A stretch of DNA of 64,000 nucleotides from Candidatus Latescibacterota bacterium (GTDB lineage Bacteria; Latescibacterota; UBA2968; GCA-2709665): the NCBI GenBank assembly GCA_965219995.1, contig CBDCOX010000002.1:448001-512000 (forward strand), in the 5' to 3' direction. Below, in pieces: positions 11,800-22,745 of this stretch. The translations under genes and the position numbers were made by a program. Below the pieces are notes generated by a model, which was not told the DNA's origin, searched no databases, and saw only the letters and a list, made by a program, of their open reading frames with translations. How positions within the stretch are numbered: the first letter of the stretch is position 1; each line of letters starts with the position of its first letter.

Positions 11800-12483
11800 A
11801 TGTACGTATTGGGCATTGAAACCTCGACACCGGTGTGCAGTGTCGGGCTGGTGGACGACGATCGCGTGCTCGCGTCGTTTTCGCAGAACACCGGGCTGCG
11901 GCACGCGGAACGGACGATGGCGATGGCAGATCGGGCTATGGCGGACGCGGGAGTCGAATTCGCGGACCTGGATGGCGTGGCCGTGGGTTCGGGACCGGGT
12001 TCGTTTACGGGCCTGCGTATCGGCATGGCCGGGGCGAAGGGCCTGTGCCTCGCGTTGGACCTGCCGCTTTTGGCCGTGCCGACACTGAAGGGGCTGGCGG
12101 CGCAGGTTGTCATGGAAGGGATGCCTGTCTGTGCAATGCTCGATGCCCGTCGCGGAAACATCTATGCGGGCGTTTACAGTCTCGACGGCGGCTGTCTGGT
12201 GGCGCGGTATCCGGACGCGGCGACGCCTCTCGAAGAGCTGATTCCAAAGCTGCCGGAACCGGTGCTGATTGTCGGCGAGGGCGGCGTGACATACAGGGAC
12301 CGGATCCAGGCATACATGGGCAAGGACGCCCGGTTCGCCCCGGCGTCCACCCATCCCAGCGGCGCATCGGTCGCGCTTTTGGGGGTTGAAAGCCTGAGGG
12401 CCGGAAACGCGGTCGACGCGACGACGGCGGAACCCGAATACCATCGCCTGAGTCAGGCGGAGAGTGCCGGCACTGCGCAATAG
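11800..12483 (+). CDS. tsaB: tRNA t6A biosynthesis protein TsaB
   Basis: LGIETST, GPGSFTGLRIG, LDARRG. Confidence 0.94.
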   Translation: MYVLGIETSTPVCSVGLVDDDRVLASFSQNTGLRHAERTMAMADRAMADAGVEFADLDGVAVGSGPGSFTGLRIGMAGAKGLCLALDLPLLAVPTLKGLAAQVVMEGMPVCAMLDARRGNIYAGVYSLDGGCLVARYPDAATPLEELIPKLPEPVLIVGEGGVTYRDRIQAYMGKDARFAPASTHPSGASVALLGVESLRAGNAVDATTAEPEYHRLSQAESAGTAQ

Positions 12484-12520
12484 CGGGGCCGTGCCCGCCG
12501 CTACCGGGAGACCGAATTCG

Positions 12521-13027
12521 ATGCGAGACAAGGCGACCTCCGATTGTACGCTCTGTGAAATGGACGCAGGGCATCTCGACGCTGTATTGGAAATCGAACG
12601 CGAGGGTTTCGCGGACCCGTGGCACAGAAGGGACTTTGAAGACGCGCTGAACCGGGACAACAGGTATTGCCCCGTTTACTTGTGCGGCGAACGGGTCGTC
12701 GTATATGCGGTTGGATTTCTTGTAGCCAATGAATATCATCTGGCCAATCTTGCGGTACATCCCGGTCTTCGGCGCCGCGGACTCGCGCGGCGGTTTCTGG
12801 TGGCCCTGATGGAACGGTTGCCGGTTCGAAATGTGCAGATCGTAACGCTCGAGGTGCGCGTCTCCAATCGGCCCGCCATCGCGCTCTACGGCAAGCTCGG
12901 ATTTCGGACGGTTGCGATTCGTCGCGGATATTACCGATCGACGGGGGAAGATGCGCTTGTGATGTTGAAAATGCTGCATGGACGTTTTTCGGACCACGTG
13001 TACGCCGCTGGATCGGCTTTACATTAA
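12521..13027 (+). CDS. rimI: RimI-like ribosomal protein alanine N-acetyltransferase (GNAT)
   Basis: NLAVHPGLRRRGLA, LEVRVSN, LYGKLGF, RRGYY, EDA; follows tsaB; start uncertain. Confidence 0.88.
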   Translation: MRDKATSDCTLCEMDAGHLDAVLEIEREGFADPWHRRDFEDALNRDNRYCPVYLCGERVVVYAVGFLVANEYHLANLAVHPGLRRRGLARRFLVALMERLPVRNVQIVTLEVRVSNRPAIALYGKLGFRTVAIRRGYYRSTGEDALVMLKMLHGRFSDHVYAAGSALH

Positions 13028-13048
13028 TCAGTATACAGGCGATCGCGC

Positions 13049-14146
13049 ATGTTCAGCCACGCAGTCACGGGACAGAAACGCCTGACAGAGCGCCTCGAGC
13101 GGATGGCTCGCGGTCCGAATCTGCCGCACGCGCTCCTGTTTACCGGACCCGAGGGTGCGGGCAAGACCGCCGCCGCCCTTGAATTGGCGCGAAGCCTTTA
13201 CTGCAACCAGGGGAGTGCGGGCTGCTGCGAGAATTGCCGGGGATGCAGGAAGACTGCGAGCTTGAACCACCCGGACCTGACTCTGCTGTTTCCGTTTTCA
13301 TCGCGAACGCCGCCCGAAATGGAGCGAGAGACGTTGCGGCAGGTCGCAAGCGATCCGTACGGCTATCCGCTGCCGGCCGACCACGCCACGCTTGCCATCG
13401 AGCGGATACGAACCCTGCAGAAGCAGTTTGCATACGGTGCGTTCGAGGGAGGGTGGCGGGTGGCGGTCATCCTGCACGCGGACCGGATGCGTGCGGAGGC
13501 CGCCAATGCGCTGCTGAAAACGCTGGAAGAACCGCCCTCACGGTCTCTGCTGATTCTGACCTCATCCACGCAGGAGACTCTGCTGCCGACCATCGTCTCC
13601 CGTTGCCAGTGGGTGGCGTTTCCGGCCGTGGCGGTTGACGATACGGCCCGGATGTTGATGGACGGGTCCGGGGTCGATGCCGATACGGCGATGTCCGTGG
13701 CACGTTCCTGCGGCGGAAACCTGAGGCGTGCACGGGACATGATCGAGAATGAAGTCGATGACCTGCAAGACAGGGCGTACCGGTTCGTGGCGGCGCTCCT
13801 GTGGGACGATGAGGCCAGAACCCATGCGGCGCTTGAAAAACTGGCTTCAGACCGGGATGAAGCCCTGCATCTGCTCGGTGGCGCGGAGGTGTGGCTGCGG
13901 GACGTTCTGGTTCTCCTCTATGGCGATTCCGGCAGCGTGACGCACAGTCGAAGGGTTGAAGATATACGACGGCTGTCCCGAGCGTTCGGCCTTGAGGACG
14001 TGCAGCGCACGGCAGCGAAGATCGAGTCGTTGCGCGAGATGAATCGCCGCAACGTCAATTTCTACGTTGGCCTCGTTTCGCTCTGGCGTGAGATCAGGAG
14101 CGTAGGGAATCAGGCTGCGCACGGTCAGAACGCTATATCAGTATGA
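13049..14146 (+). CDS. holB: DNA polymerase III delta' subunit
   Basis: HALLFTGPEGAGK, zinc Cys cluster, HPDL, AANALLKTLEEP, LPTIVSRC. Confidence 0.92.
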   Translation: MFSHAVTGQKRLTERLERMARGPNLPHALLFTGPEGAGKTAAALELARSLYCNQGSAGCCENCRGCRKTASLNHPDLTLLFPFSSRTPPEMERETLRQVASDPYGYPLPADHATLAIERIRTLQKQFAYGAFEGGWRVAVILHADRMRAEAANALLKTLEEPPSRSLLILTSSTQETLLPTIVSRCQWVAFPAVAVDDTARMLMDGSGVDADTAMSVARSCGGNLRRARDMIENEVDDLQDRAYRFVAALLWDDEARTHAALEKLASDRDEALHLLGGAEVWLRDVLVLLYGDSGSVTHSRRVEDIRRLSRAFGLEDVQRTAAKIESLREMNRRNVNFYVGLVSLWREIRSVGNQAAHGQNAISV

Positions 14147-14310
14147 ACGATGAGGTGCCGGGCGCAATGCGGACGAAGGTCGGATCCTCCAACAGCGATC
14201 TCTCGCGCTTTGACGCTTCCGCCGTCTCGCGTCTGCCGTCTCACGGCGGGTTGGCTTCGACCGGCGGCGCAGTCGCGGACAGCCGGTCAGATACGGGGAA
14301 GGTTGGTTGA
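14143..14310 (+). CDS. Putative 55-aa small ORF bridging holB and metG
   Basis: ATG overlaps the holB stop (ATGA) and its TGA directly abuts the metG ATG in frame; no recognisable domain. Confidence 0.3.
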   Translation: MNDEVPGAMRTKVGSSNSDLSRFDASAVSRLPSHGGLASTGGAVADSRSDTGKVG

Positions 14311-16215
14311 ATGGGGCGGTTCTACATAACAACCCCGATATACTATGTAAACGACGAGCCGCATCTGGGACACGCGTATACGACCATTATTGCGGACGTG
14401 TTTGCCAGATATCATCGGTTTGCGGGCGACGACGTGCTGTTTCTGACCGGCACGGACGAGCACGGTCAGAAAGTGGCGCAGGCGGCGAAAGCCCGCGGCG
14501 TGGACCCGCAGGATCATTGCGACGAGATGGTCGAACGCTTCCGCAGGCTCTGGTCGTCTTTGAATGTCTCATACGATGACTTCATTCGTACAACCGAATC
14601 CAGGCACCGGCGCGTGGTTCAGCGTATTCTCCAGCGCCTCTACGATGCCGGGGAAATCTACGCCGACGACTACGAGGGCTGGTATTGCGTGCCGGACGAA
14701 AGGTTCTGGACGGAGAAGGATCTGGTCGACGGGAAATGCCCGGAGTGCGGGCGGGAGGTGACGAGGATATCGGAGAAGAATTATTTCTTTCGAATGGGGA
14801 AATACCAGGCGTGGCTGACAGACCGCATCCGGAACGACCCGCGGCTTGTGCTTCCCGCCACACGCAGAAACGAGATGCTCGGCTTTTTGCGCCGGCCGCT
14901 GAACGACCTGTGCATATCCCGCCCGAAGGCCCGGTTGTCCTGGGGCATTCCGTTGCCATTCGACGAATCATACGTGTGTTACGTGTGGTTCGACGCGCTG
15001 ATCAACTACATTACGGCTGCGGGTTATCTTCAGAATACCGAAGCCTTCGCACGGTGGTGGCCGGCTTCCTGCCACCTGATCGGCAAAGATATTCTGACGA
15101 CGCATTGCATTTACTGGCCGACGATGTTGAAGGCGATGGGCGTTGAGACTCCTGAAACGGTGATGGCCCACGGTTGGTGGCTTGTCGACGAGGAGAAGAT
15201 GAGCAAGTCACTGGGCAACGTGATACGTCCCCTGGACCTGGCGGAGAAATACGGCGTGGACGCCTTTCGTTATTTCCTGGTTCGCGAGATGGTGCTCGGC
15301 ACGGACAGCACCTTCAGCGAAACGGGATTCATCCACCGGTACAATTCCGAGTTGGCGAACGATCTGGGAAACCTGCTTAATCGCACGGTGGTCATGGCCT
15401 GCCGGTACCTGGACGGACGGGTCCCCGAATCGGATGTGAACCACCCTGTACTTACCGCGTTGAAGGCGCAGGCGCTCCGCACGCTGGACGGCGTGATGGA
15501 TGCGCTGGGTAACATGAACCCAACGGGAATCCTGGACGCGATCTGGGACCTGGTTCGGCAGGCCAACCGGTTCGCGGAAGCACAGGCGCCCTGGAACCTG
15601 GCCAGGGATCCGGAGAACCGGGATGTGCTGAAGGCGACGATCTACGGCCTTCTCGAAACCATGCGCTATCTGGCAGTGCTGCTCTTTCCGGTGCTGCCCG
15701 GTAAGGCGGAGGAAATTTGGGAGCAGATCGGTGCGGATGGAGATGTGAAAGCACAGACGATACAGAGCCTTCGTCCCTGGGGCGGACTGCGCGCCGGTGC
15801 GCAGGTGCGTGCATGCGGTCCGATTTTTCCCAGGATCGAATCGATAAAACAGGACCTCTCGGAGACAATTGAAATGGCTGAAGGGAAAGAGGATCTGGTA
15901 CCGTTCAAGGAGTTTCAGAAGTTCGAGTTTCGCGTGGCCACGGTGGAGTCCGCCGAACGGGTCCCCGGCGCCGACCGGCTGCTGACGCTGAAGGTCAGTC
16001 TGGGTGAAGAGCGTCGCCAGATCGTCGCCGGAGTCGCGAAACACTACCGTCCCGAATCGCTGGTTGGCCGCCAGATCGTCGTGGTGGCGAATCTGGAGCC
16101 GGCAACCATCCGCGGGGTGGCGTCGGAAGGGATGCTGCTGGCGGCATCGGCAGACGGGCGTGTCGCTCTGCTGCAGCCGGACGCCGATGTTCCCGATGGA
16201 GCGGAGGTCGGTTGA
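14311..16215 (+). CDS. metG: Methionine--tRNA ligase with C-terminal tRNA-binding domain
   Basis: TTPIYYVN, HLGH, TGTDEHG, YVWFDAL, KMSKS; C-terminal OB-fold (VVVANL...SEGMLL). Confidence 0.97.
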   Translation: MGRFYITTPIYYVNDEPHLGHAYTTIIADVFARYHRFAGDDVLFLTGTDEHGQKVAQAAKARGVDPQDHCDEMVERFRRLWSSLNVSYDDFIRTTESRHRRVVQRILQRLYDAGEIYADDYEGWYCVPDERFWTEKDLVDGKCPECGREVTRISEKNYFFRMGKYQAWLTDRIRNDPRLVLPATRRNEMLGFLRRPLNDLCISRPKARLSWGIPLPFDESYVCYVWFDALINYITAAGYLQNTEAFARWWPASCHLIGKDILTTHCIYWPTMLKAMGVETPETVMAHGWWLVDEEKMSKSLGNVIRPLDLAEKYGVDAFRYFLVREMVLGTDSTFSETGFIHRYNSELANDLGNLLNRTVVMACRYLDGRVPESDVNHPVLTALKAQALRTLDGVMDALGNMNPTGILDAIWDLVRQANRFAEAQAPWNLARDPENRDVLKATIYGLLETMRYLAVLLFPVLPGKAEEIWEQIGADGDVKAQTIQSLRPWGGLRAGAQVRACGPIFPRIESIKQDLSETIEMAEGKEDLVPFKEFQKFEFRVATVESAERVPGADRLLTLKVSLGEERRQIVAGVAKHYRPESLVGRQIVVVANLEPATIRGVASEGMLLAASADGRVALLQPDADVPDGAEVG

Positions 16216-16985
16216 GGACAATGCTTGTCGATACCCATGCCCATCTGAGTTTTCCACAGTTTCTAGGGGAGGAAGCGGCGACGATCGGGCGGGCCCGGGC
16301 GGCAGGGGTCGCACGCATCGTGAACGTCGGCACAAACCTGGACGTGAGCCGGCGTGCAGTGGATCTGGCTTGCCGGCACGAAGGAGTCTACGCAACGGCG
16401 GGGTTCCATCCTCACGACGTCGAACTGGCCGACCCGGACGGCTTGACGGCGCTGGGACGGCTTGCAGAGAACGAAAACGTCGTGGCGGTGGGTGAGACGG
16501 GTCTGGATTTCTATCGCGACTATGCGCCCCGGCCTCTCCAGGAGCGGATTTTTCGCTTCCACATCAACCTGGCGCTTCAGTCGGGGCTGCCGCTCGTTAT
16601 CCACAGTCGCGGCGCGGAGGACCGGGTGATGGACATCCTCGAGGCCGAGGGCGGTCAGGCGGCAGGCGGGGCGTTGCACTGCTTCGGCGGATGTGAGGGC
16701 CAGGCCGGGCGGGCCGTGGATCTTGGCTTCCATCTGGGATTCGGCGGAACGTTGACTTACGGACGTTCCACGTCGTTGCCCGTGGCGATGGGCATTCCGC
16801 CCGATCGGGTGCTTCTGGAGACCGATTGCCCGTATCTTGCGCCGGTGCCGTATCGGGGACGGCGGAATGAGCCGGCCTACGTCAGGCAGATCGCAGAATT
16901 CATGGCCGGTTGCGCGGACGAGCCGTTGGAAGACATCGCCGCCCGAACCACTGCAAGTGCCCTTCGGCTATTCGGGTTGACGTGA
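16212..16985 (+). CDS. tatD: TatD family nuclease
   Basis: DTHAHL, GFHPH, VGETGLD, IHSR, LHCF, ETDCPYL. Confidence 0.94.
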   Translation: MRTMLVDTHAHLSFPQFLGEEAATIGRARAAGVARIVNVGTNLDVSRRAVDLACRHEGVYATAGFHPHDVELADPDGLTALGRLAENENVVAVGETGLDFYRDYAPRPLQERIFRFHINLALQSGLPLVIHSRGAEDRVMDILEAEGGQAAGGALHCFGGCEGQAGRAVDLGFHLGFGGTLTYGRSTSLPVAMGIPPDRVLLETDCPYLAPVPYRGRRNEPAYVRQIAEFMAGCADEPLEDIAARTTASALRLFGLT

Positions 16986-17815
16986 TGGACAAACCCAAAA
17001 AGGGCCTTGCACAGCATTTCCTGACCGACGAGGGGGCTGTCCACAGGATCGTGAAGGCGGCTTGCGCGGGCGCCGACGATCTGGTCGTCGAAATCGGTCC
17101 GGGCCGCGGCGCGCTGACAGGCAGGCTGCTGGCGGAATCGGCCAGGGTGATCGGCATCGAGCGGGACGAGGCGCTGTGCGGTTTCCTGCGGTCCCGATTC
17201 GGTAGCGAATTGCATCTGCGCAACCAGGACGTTCTGACGATTGACTTTCACGAACTGATTCGCGCGGAAGGATTTGAGCGGGCGGTTCTGGTGGGCAACC
17301 TGCCATACAACATCACGGGCGCGGTACTCCATCGGATCCTGGAATCCCGCTGCCGATTCAAAAGAGCCGTCCTGACGGTTCAACGGGAGGTCGCCCGTCG
17401 AATTGTCGCCGCGCCGGGCAACAGGGACTACGGGATCCTCTCGATCGCCGTTCAGTTGGTTTCCCGGCCCAGGAAACTGTTCGACCTGAGTCCCGGCGTG
17501 TTTTTTCCGGCGCCCCGCGTCTTTTCATCCGTGATGCGTCTGAACTTCCAGGGGGAAGCTCCCTACCGGATTCAGGATGAGGAGTTCTTCTTTCGCGTGG
17601 TCCGAACGGCGTTCGCCCAGCGGCGAAAGATGTTGAAAAATACGCTGCGCGGAGTGGTGGACGGCAGGACTGCGGTCCTGGAACGAGCGGGCGCGGCAGC
17701 GGCGATCGACCTCAGGTTGAGACCGGAAGCGATTTCCATACCCCAGTTTGAGCGTATCTGTCGCGCGCTCAGGGCATCTTGCGATACCAGCAGGCCGGAC
17801 TGCGGCAGCCGATAG
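16985..17815 (+). CDS. rsmA: 16S rRNA dimethyladenosine transferase
   Basis: LAQHFL, EIGPGRGALT, GNLPYNI, QREVA, RRKML; ATG overlaps the tatD stop. Confidence 0.95.
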   Translation: MDKPKKGLAQHFLTDEGAVHRIVKAACAGADDLVVEIGPGRGALTGRLLAESARVIGIERDEALCGFLRSRFGSELHLRNQDVLTIDFHELIRAEGFERAVLVGNLPYNITGAVLHRILESRCRFKRAVLTVQREVARRIVAAPGNRDYGILSIAVQLVSRPRKLFDLSPGVFFPAPRVFSSVMRLNFQGEAPYRIQDEEFFFRVVRTAFAQRRKMLKNTLRGVVDGRTAVLERAGAAAAIDLRLRPEAISIPQFERICRALRASCDTSRPDCGSR

Positions 17816-17914
17816 CGGTTGTGTGGCATTCGCCTTCGCGGATTGCCGATGCCGGCATGATTTCCGCAGGGGCTTCCGCGGAAAAATCGTCCATCCATCC
17901 AAAAGGGATTCGAA

Positions 17915-18844
17915 ATGCCTCCGATGCCGAAGGCGGACAAGATCTGGTTCAACGGAAAGTTCGTGGATTGGGACGACGCAAGAATTCATGTGTTGTCGCA
18001 CGTCGTACACTACGGGTCCAGCGTATTCGAGGGAGTTCGCTGTTACAAAACGCACAGAGGGCCGGCCTGTTTCCGGTTGGCGGATCACGTGAACCGGCTG
18101 TACGATTCGGCCAAGATTTACAGGATGCCGATCCCGTACGAACCTGAGGAACTGTCTCGGGCCATTCTGGAATCCATCCGCACGAACGGCCTTCAGGCCT
18201 GTTACGTGCGTCCCGTGATCTTTCGAGGATACGGAAGTCTGGGCGTGGATCCCTCGTCCTGTCCCGTCGAAGTCGTGATTGCCGTGTGGGAATGGGGCGC
18301 CTATCTGGGGGAGGAAGCGCTGGAAAAGGGCGCCGCGGTTCGGTTCTCCTCGTGGAACCGGCTGGCGCCGAATACGATGCCGTCGCTCGCCAAGGTCGGC
18401 GCCAATTATATGAACTCGCAGTTGATCAAGCTGGAGGCGCTCGCCGACGGTTACGTGGAAGGAATCGCGCTGGACGCGCAGGGTCACGTGAGCGAAGCCA
18501 GCGGAGAAAACATCTTTATGGTGAAGAACGGAGCGATTTATACGCCTTCCACCGGATCGTCGATTCTGCCCGGCATTACCCGTCATTCGGTGATCACGCT
18601 GGCGCGTGACCTGGGCTATGCGGTAACGCAGCGTGCCATTCCGCGAGAGTCACTATATATCGCCGACGAAGTCTTTTTTACCGGTAGCGCGGCCGAAGTG
18701 ACGCCAATCGCGAAGATCGATCACATTCCTATCGGAGCAGGGACCCGCGGGCCCATCACGAAAGCCCTTCAGGACGCTTTCTTCGGCGTCGTGTCCGGGG
18801 AGTCGGAAGACCGGCACGGCTGGTTGACCTTTGTCAATCGTTGA
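17915..18844 (+). CDS. ilvE: Branched-chain amino acid aminotransferase
   Basis: [39 protein letters not shown]. Confidence 0.95.
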   Translation: MPPMPKADKIWFNGKFVDWDDARIHVLSHVVHYGSSVFEGVRCYKTHRGPACFRLADHVNRLYDSAKIYRMPIPYEPEELSRAILESIRTNGLQACYVRPVIFRGYGSLGVDPSSCPVEVVIAVWEWGAYLGEEALEKGAAVRFSSWNRLAPNTMPSLAKVGANYMNSQLIKLEALADGYVEGIALDAQGHVSEASGENIFMVKNGAIYTPSTGSSILPGITRHSVITLARDLGYAVTQRAIPRESLYIADEVFFTGSAAEVTPIAKIDHIPIGAGTRGPITKALQDAFFGVVSGESEDRHGWLTFVNR

Positions 18845-18902
18845 TCCCCGTACCTCCGGAAAACCAGGGTGCCGCAAAGGCGCCGAAAAGCGAAATACAC
18901 AT

Positions 18903-19721
18903 ATGGGCGAGATAAGCAGCAAAAGGATCGCCGTCATTGGCGCCGGAAATATGGGCGGCGCGTTGATTACCGGACTGGTGCAATCCGGCGCTGTACCTCC
19001 GGAACGGGTGACGGCCGTGGATATCGATGCGACGTTGCTGGCGGCGCATCGGACGGCATTGGGGGTGAATACCAGCCGCGATGCCGCGTCCGGGCCCGCC
19101 GAGCACGACGTGGTCGTGCTCGGCCTGAAACCCCAGATCTGGGCTTCGGTTGTCGCACCCGCGTCACCGTCCCTTACCGAACGGCAGACCGTGCTTTCGA
19201 TTATGGGCGGCGTGCGGACCGGGGCGATCGAGGAAGTCCTGGGCGGGAGGATCCCTGTCGTACGGGCGATGCCGAATATCCTGGCGCAGATTCGCGCGTC
19301 TGTTTCTGCCATTTGCGCGGGCCGGTTCGCGCAGGAAACGCATATCGCGACCGCTGAAGCCATTCTGGAGACGGTCGGTGAGTCCGTACGCTTGAGCGAA
19401 GCACAGATGGATGCCGTAACGGGACTTTCCGGCAGCGGCCCCGCCTTCGTGTATATGATGATCGACGCGCTTGCCGACGGGGGCGTCAGGATGGGGATTC
19501 CGAAGCCCGTCGCGCTCAAGCTGGCCGCGCAGACGGTTTTCGGCGGTGCGAAGATGGTGATCGAGAGCGGGCAGCACCCGGCGGTGCTGAAAGACCAGGT
19601 CACGTCCGCCGGGGGCACGACCATTGCCGGATTGCAGGCCCTGGAGCTGGGCGGATTTCGCGCCGCGTTGATGAAGGCGGTGGAGGCCGCGACCCGGCGT
19701 TCCGAAGAGCTGGGAGCGTAG
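18903..19721 (+). CDS. proC: Pyrroline-5-carboxylate reductase
   Basis: IGAGNMG, RAMPN, GLSGSGPA, VTSAGGTT. Confidence 0.95.
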   Translation: MGEISSKRIAVIGAGNMGGALITGLVQSGAVPPERVTAVDIDATLLAAHRTALGVNTSRDAASGPAEHDVVVLGLKPQIWASVVAPASPSLTERQTVLSIMGGVRTGAIEEVLGGRIPVVRAMPNILAQIRASVSAICAGRFAQETHIATAEAILETVGESVRLSEAQMDAVTGLSGSGPAFVYMMIDALADGGVRMGIPKPVALKLAAQTVFGGAKMVIESGQHPAVLKDQVTSAGGTTIAGLQALELGGFRAALMKAVEAATRRSEELGA

Positions 19722-19762
19722 CCGGTCGGTTTCCCGTTGCAGGGACCGGGACGGAGCATCTG

Positions 19763-20368
19763 ATGATCGTGATTGTAGACTGTGGTGCGGGCAATCTGCG
19801 CAGCGTGCAGAAGGGATTTGAGCGGGTCGGTCACGCCGCGTTGATTTCGGATCGCCCGGCAGACGTGAACAGCGCCGACCGCGTGGTCTTGCCCGGGGTG
19901 GGGGCCTTTGGAGACGCGATGGTGAATCTCAAGGCGGGCGGCCTGATCGAGCCGCTTCTGGATTCGATCGGCAGCGGCCGGCCATTCCTGGGCATCTGCG
20001 TCGGTCTCCAGCTTCTTTTTTCCGAAAGCGACGAGATGGGCCGGCATCGCGGGTTCGGCGTTTTCCCGGGGAGTGTACGGCGTTTTCCCGACGGTGTGCG
20101 AGTCCCCCAGATCGGGTGGAATCAGGTTCGCATCCGGAGGCAGACGCCGCTTCTCGAGGGCATTCCCGACGATGCGTTTTTCTATTTCGTACATTCGTAC
20201 TATGTTGACCCGGACCTGGAATCCGATTGTGTGGCGACAACGGATTACGCGTTGGACTACACGTCCGTCGCGGGGCGGGGGGCCGCTTACGGCATCCAGT
20301 TTCACCCCGAGAAGAGCCAGGACCTCGGACTTCTTATCCTGAAGAATTTCGCGGAGCGGGTATGCTAG
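19763..20368 (+). CDS. hisH: Imidazole glycerol phosphate synthase, glutaminase subunit
   Basis: [33 protein letters not shown]. Confidence 0.96.
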   Translation: MIVIVDCGAGNLRSVQKGFERVGHAALISDRPADVNSADRVVLPGVGAFGDAMVNLKAGGLIEPLLDSIGSGRPFLGICVGLQLLFSESDEMGRHRGFGVFPGSVRRFPDGVRVPQIGWNQVRIRRQTPLLEGIPDDAFFYFVHSYYVDPDLESDCVATTDYALDYTSVAGRGAAYGIQFHPEKSQDLGLLILKNFAERVC

Positions 20369-21150
20369 CAAAGCGCATCATACCCTGTCTGGACGTCAAG
20401 AACGGGCGAAATGTCCGCGGTGTGAAATTTTCCGCGGACAGGGACGCCGGAGACCCCGTTGACCTGGCCCGCAGGTACGACGAGGAGGGGGCTGACGAAC
20501 TCGTATTTTACGACATTACGGCGTCGGCCGAGAAGCGGGAGATCGTGGCCGATCTCGTGCGCCAGGTGTCGGAACAGGTATTTATCCCGTTTACGGTGGG
20601 CGGCGGCGTCCGGACCTTTGATGATATCCGCACAATCATCGAAGGCGGCGCCGAAAAGGCATCCATTAATTCGGCCGCCGTTCGTACACCGGAGTTGATT
20701 ACCCGCGGCGCGGAGCGATTCGGAACGCAGGCAATCGTCGGATCCATCGACGCGGTACGCCGGGGGGGGAGGTCCGAACGTCCGGAATGGGAGGTCGTGA
20801 TCAACGGAGGAAGGACGCCGACGGGCAAGGATGCCCTGGAATGGGCGCGGGAACTGGTCGACAGGGGCGCGGGGGAGCTCGTGTTGAACAGCATTGATGC
20901 CGACGGTACGAAGGAGGGGTACGACATCGATCTGAACCGCGCGGTTGCTGAGCTTGTGGACGTTCCGATCGTGGCTTCCGGCGGATCGGGCGGGCCGGAG
21001 CATATGTATCAGGTGCTTCACCGGGGCAAGGCGAGTGCGGCGCTTGCGGCGTCGATCTTTCACTATCGGCAATATAGCATTCCCCAGGTGAAAGCATACC
21101 TGGCCAGGCGGGGTGTGTGTGTTCGGCCCCGTGTCAGGGTGGAGCTGTAA
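20362..21150 (+). CDS. hisF: Imidazole glycerol phosphate synthase, cyclase subunit
   Basis: [49 protein letters not shown]. Confidence 0.96.
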   Translation: MLAKRIIPCLDVKNGRNVRGVKFSADRDAGDPVDLARRYDEEGADELVFYDITASAEKREIVADLVRQVSEQVFIPFTVGGGVRTFDDIRTIIEGGAEKASINSAAVRTPELITRGAERFGTQAIVGSIDAVRRGGRSERPEWEVVINGGRTPTGKDALEWARELVDRGAGELVLNSIDADGTKEGYDIDLNRAVAELVDVPIVASGGSGGPEHMYQVLHRGKASAALAASIFHYRQYSIPQVKAYLARRGVCVRPRVRVEL

Positions 21151-22358
21151 TGGATTCTCACAAGACACGACCGGATGAGGGGCGTCGAACCGGGGATGGA
21201 TCGATGGGCGACTCCGGTCCGGGCGCGGCCTGCCCTGAGCGACAGGAGCTCTTCCGGGGTATCCGGCGTGTCGTGGTGAAGCTGGGGACCCGTCTGGTGA
21301 CGCTGCAGGACCGCGCGTTGAATCTGCAGCTGATAGATCGTCTGGCTGCCGACGTGGCGGAATTGCGCCGAACGGGTATTCAGGTCGCCGTCGTCTCCTC
21401 GGGCGCGGTGGGGGCCGGCATGGGACGGCTGGGCCTGGTCGAGCGGCCGCGACGCCTGGCGGCATTGCAGGCAACGGCGGCGGTTGGACAGGGGCTGCTG
21501 ATGAACGCGTACAAGCTCGCGTTCCGAGCCCATGACGTCCCGGTCGGTCAGGTTCTGCTGACGGCCGATGACCTGGACAACCGGAGACGTTACGTGAACG
21601 CACGGAATACGCTGGATTCGTTGTTTCGATTCGGCGCCGTTCCGATACTCAATGAGAACGACAGCGTGGCGGTTGAGGAACTCCAGCTCTCGGTAGGCGA
21701 CAACGATCGCCTTTCCGCGCTCGTCACGCATCTGGTCGACGCCGACCTTCTCGTCATTCTCACCGACGTGGATGGACTCTTCTCCGAAGATCCCGACCGA
21801 AACTCACACGCGCGCCTCATTGCCCGGGTTGAGGAGGTTCGGTCCGATATGATCGAAAGGGCGGGGAAAGCCGGCAGCCGGGTGAGCCTTGGAGGCATGC
21901 GTTCAAAGCTGGAGGCGGCGCAGAGCGTGACGCGGGGGGGCAGGCTGGCCGTCATCGCAAACGGCCACCGGACCGGACTGGCACAGATCATCGCAGGGTC
22001 GCAGGCGGGCACGTTGTTTCTTTCCGCGCGGAAGAGACAGCCCGGCCGGAAGGCCTGGATTGCCAATTCCCGTCGAAACGGCGCCGTGGTTGTGGACGAC
22101 GGCGCCGTGGAAGCAATCGTGAAACGTGGAAAGAGCCTCTTGCCTTCGGGTGTCGTGGAGGTGGTCGGCGCCTTCGAGGCCGGAGAGTTGATTGCCGTTG
22201 AAGACCGGCGCCGGCTGGAGGTGGCGCGCGGTGTGGTCAAGTACGGTTCGGATGACGTGCAGCGTATCCTGGGCAAATCAACCGGCGAGGTCGGTTCGAT
22301 TCTGGACGTGGAGACGGGAGGTGAGGTCGTTCACCGGGATGACCTGGTGGTGCTTTAA
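21150..22358 (+). CDS. proB: Glutamate 5-kinase with PUA domain
   Basis: VVKLGT, VSSGAV, NENDSV, GDNDRLSA, GGMRSK, SLLPSGV; start uncertain. Confidence 0.95.
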   Translation: MDSHKTRPDEGRRTGDGSMGDSGPGAACPERQELFRGIRRVVVKLGTRLVTLQDRALNLQLIDRLAADVAELRRTGIQVAVVSSGAVGAGMGRLGLVERPRRLAALQATAAVGQGLLMNAYKLAFRAHDVPVGQVLLTADDLDNRRRYVNARNTLDSLFRFGAVPILNENDSVAVEELQLSVGDNDRLSALVTHLVDADLLVILTDVDGLFSEDPDRNSHARLIARVEEVRSDMIERAGKAGSRVSLGGMRSKLEAAQSVTRGGRLAVIANGHRTGLAQIIAGSQAGTLFLSARKRQPGRKAWIANSRRNGAVVVDDGAVEAIVKRGKSLLPSGVVEVVGAFEAGELIAVEDRRRLEVARGVVKYGSDDVQRILGKSTGEVGSILDVETGGEVVHRDDLVVL

Positions 22359-22397
22359 GTTCATCGACGCAGCGATACTTCACAGGAGTTTGTCGAG

Positions 22398-22745
22398 ATG
22401 AGGTTCTACAGAGGAAAACGTGAATTCCTGTACGCGCCGCGCAGGAGGATGTACCGATTCCTCTGGGCGCTGCCGGCGCTGTGGTTCGTGTACCTGTTCT
22501 TCGCGGGAGAGAGCGGCTACCTGCAGATACGGGAACGGGGCCGGCAGATCGAGGGCATGCGCGGTGAGATTGAAACGGTAAGGGCGGAAAACAGGCGGCT
22601 GGAGGCCGAAGTCGAAGAATTGAAGAACGACCTGGCGATCATAGAGAGGATCGCGCGAGAGCGGTACGGCATGGTAAAGGAAAACGAAACGGTCTATATG
22701 GTGTATCCAGGAGCGCGCGACCCGGCCGCGATCACCCGGAAATGA
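22398..22745 (+). CDS. ftsB: Septum formation initiator (FtsB/DivIC family)
   Basis: Single TM segment, coiled coil, IERIARERYGMVKENE. Confidence 0.85.
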   Translation: MRFYRGKREFLYAPRRRMYRFLWALPALWFVYLFFAGESGYLQIRERGRQIEGMRGEIETVRAENRRLEAEVEELKNDLAIIERIARERYGMVKENETVYMVYPGARDPAAITRK

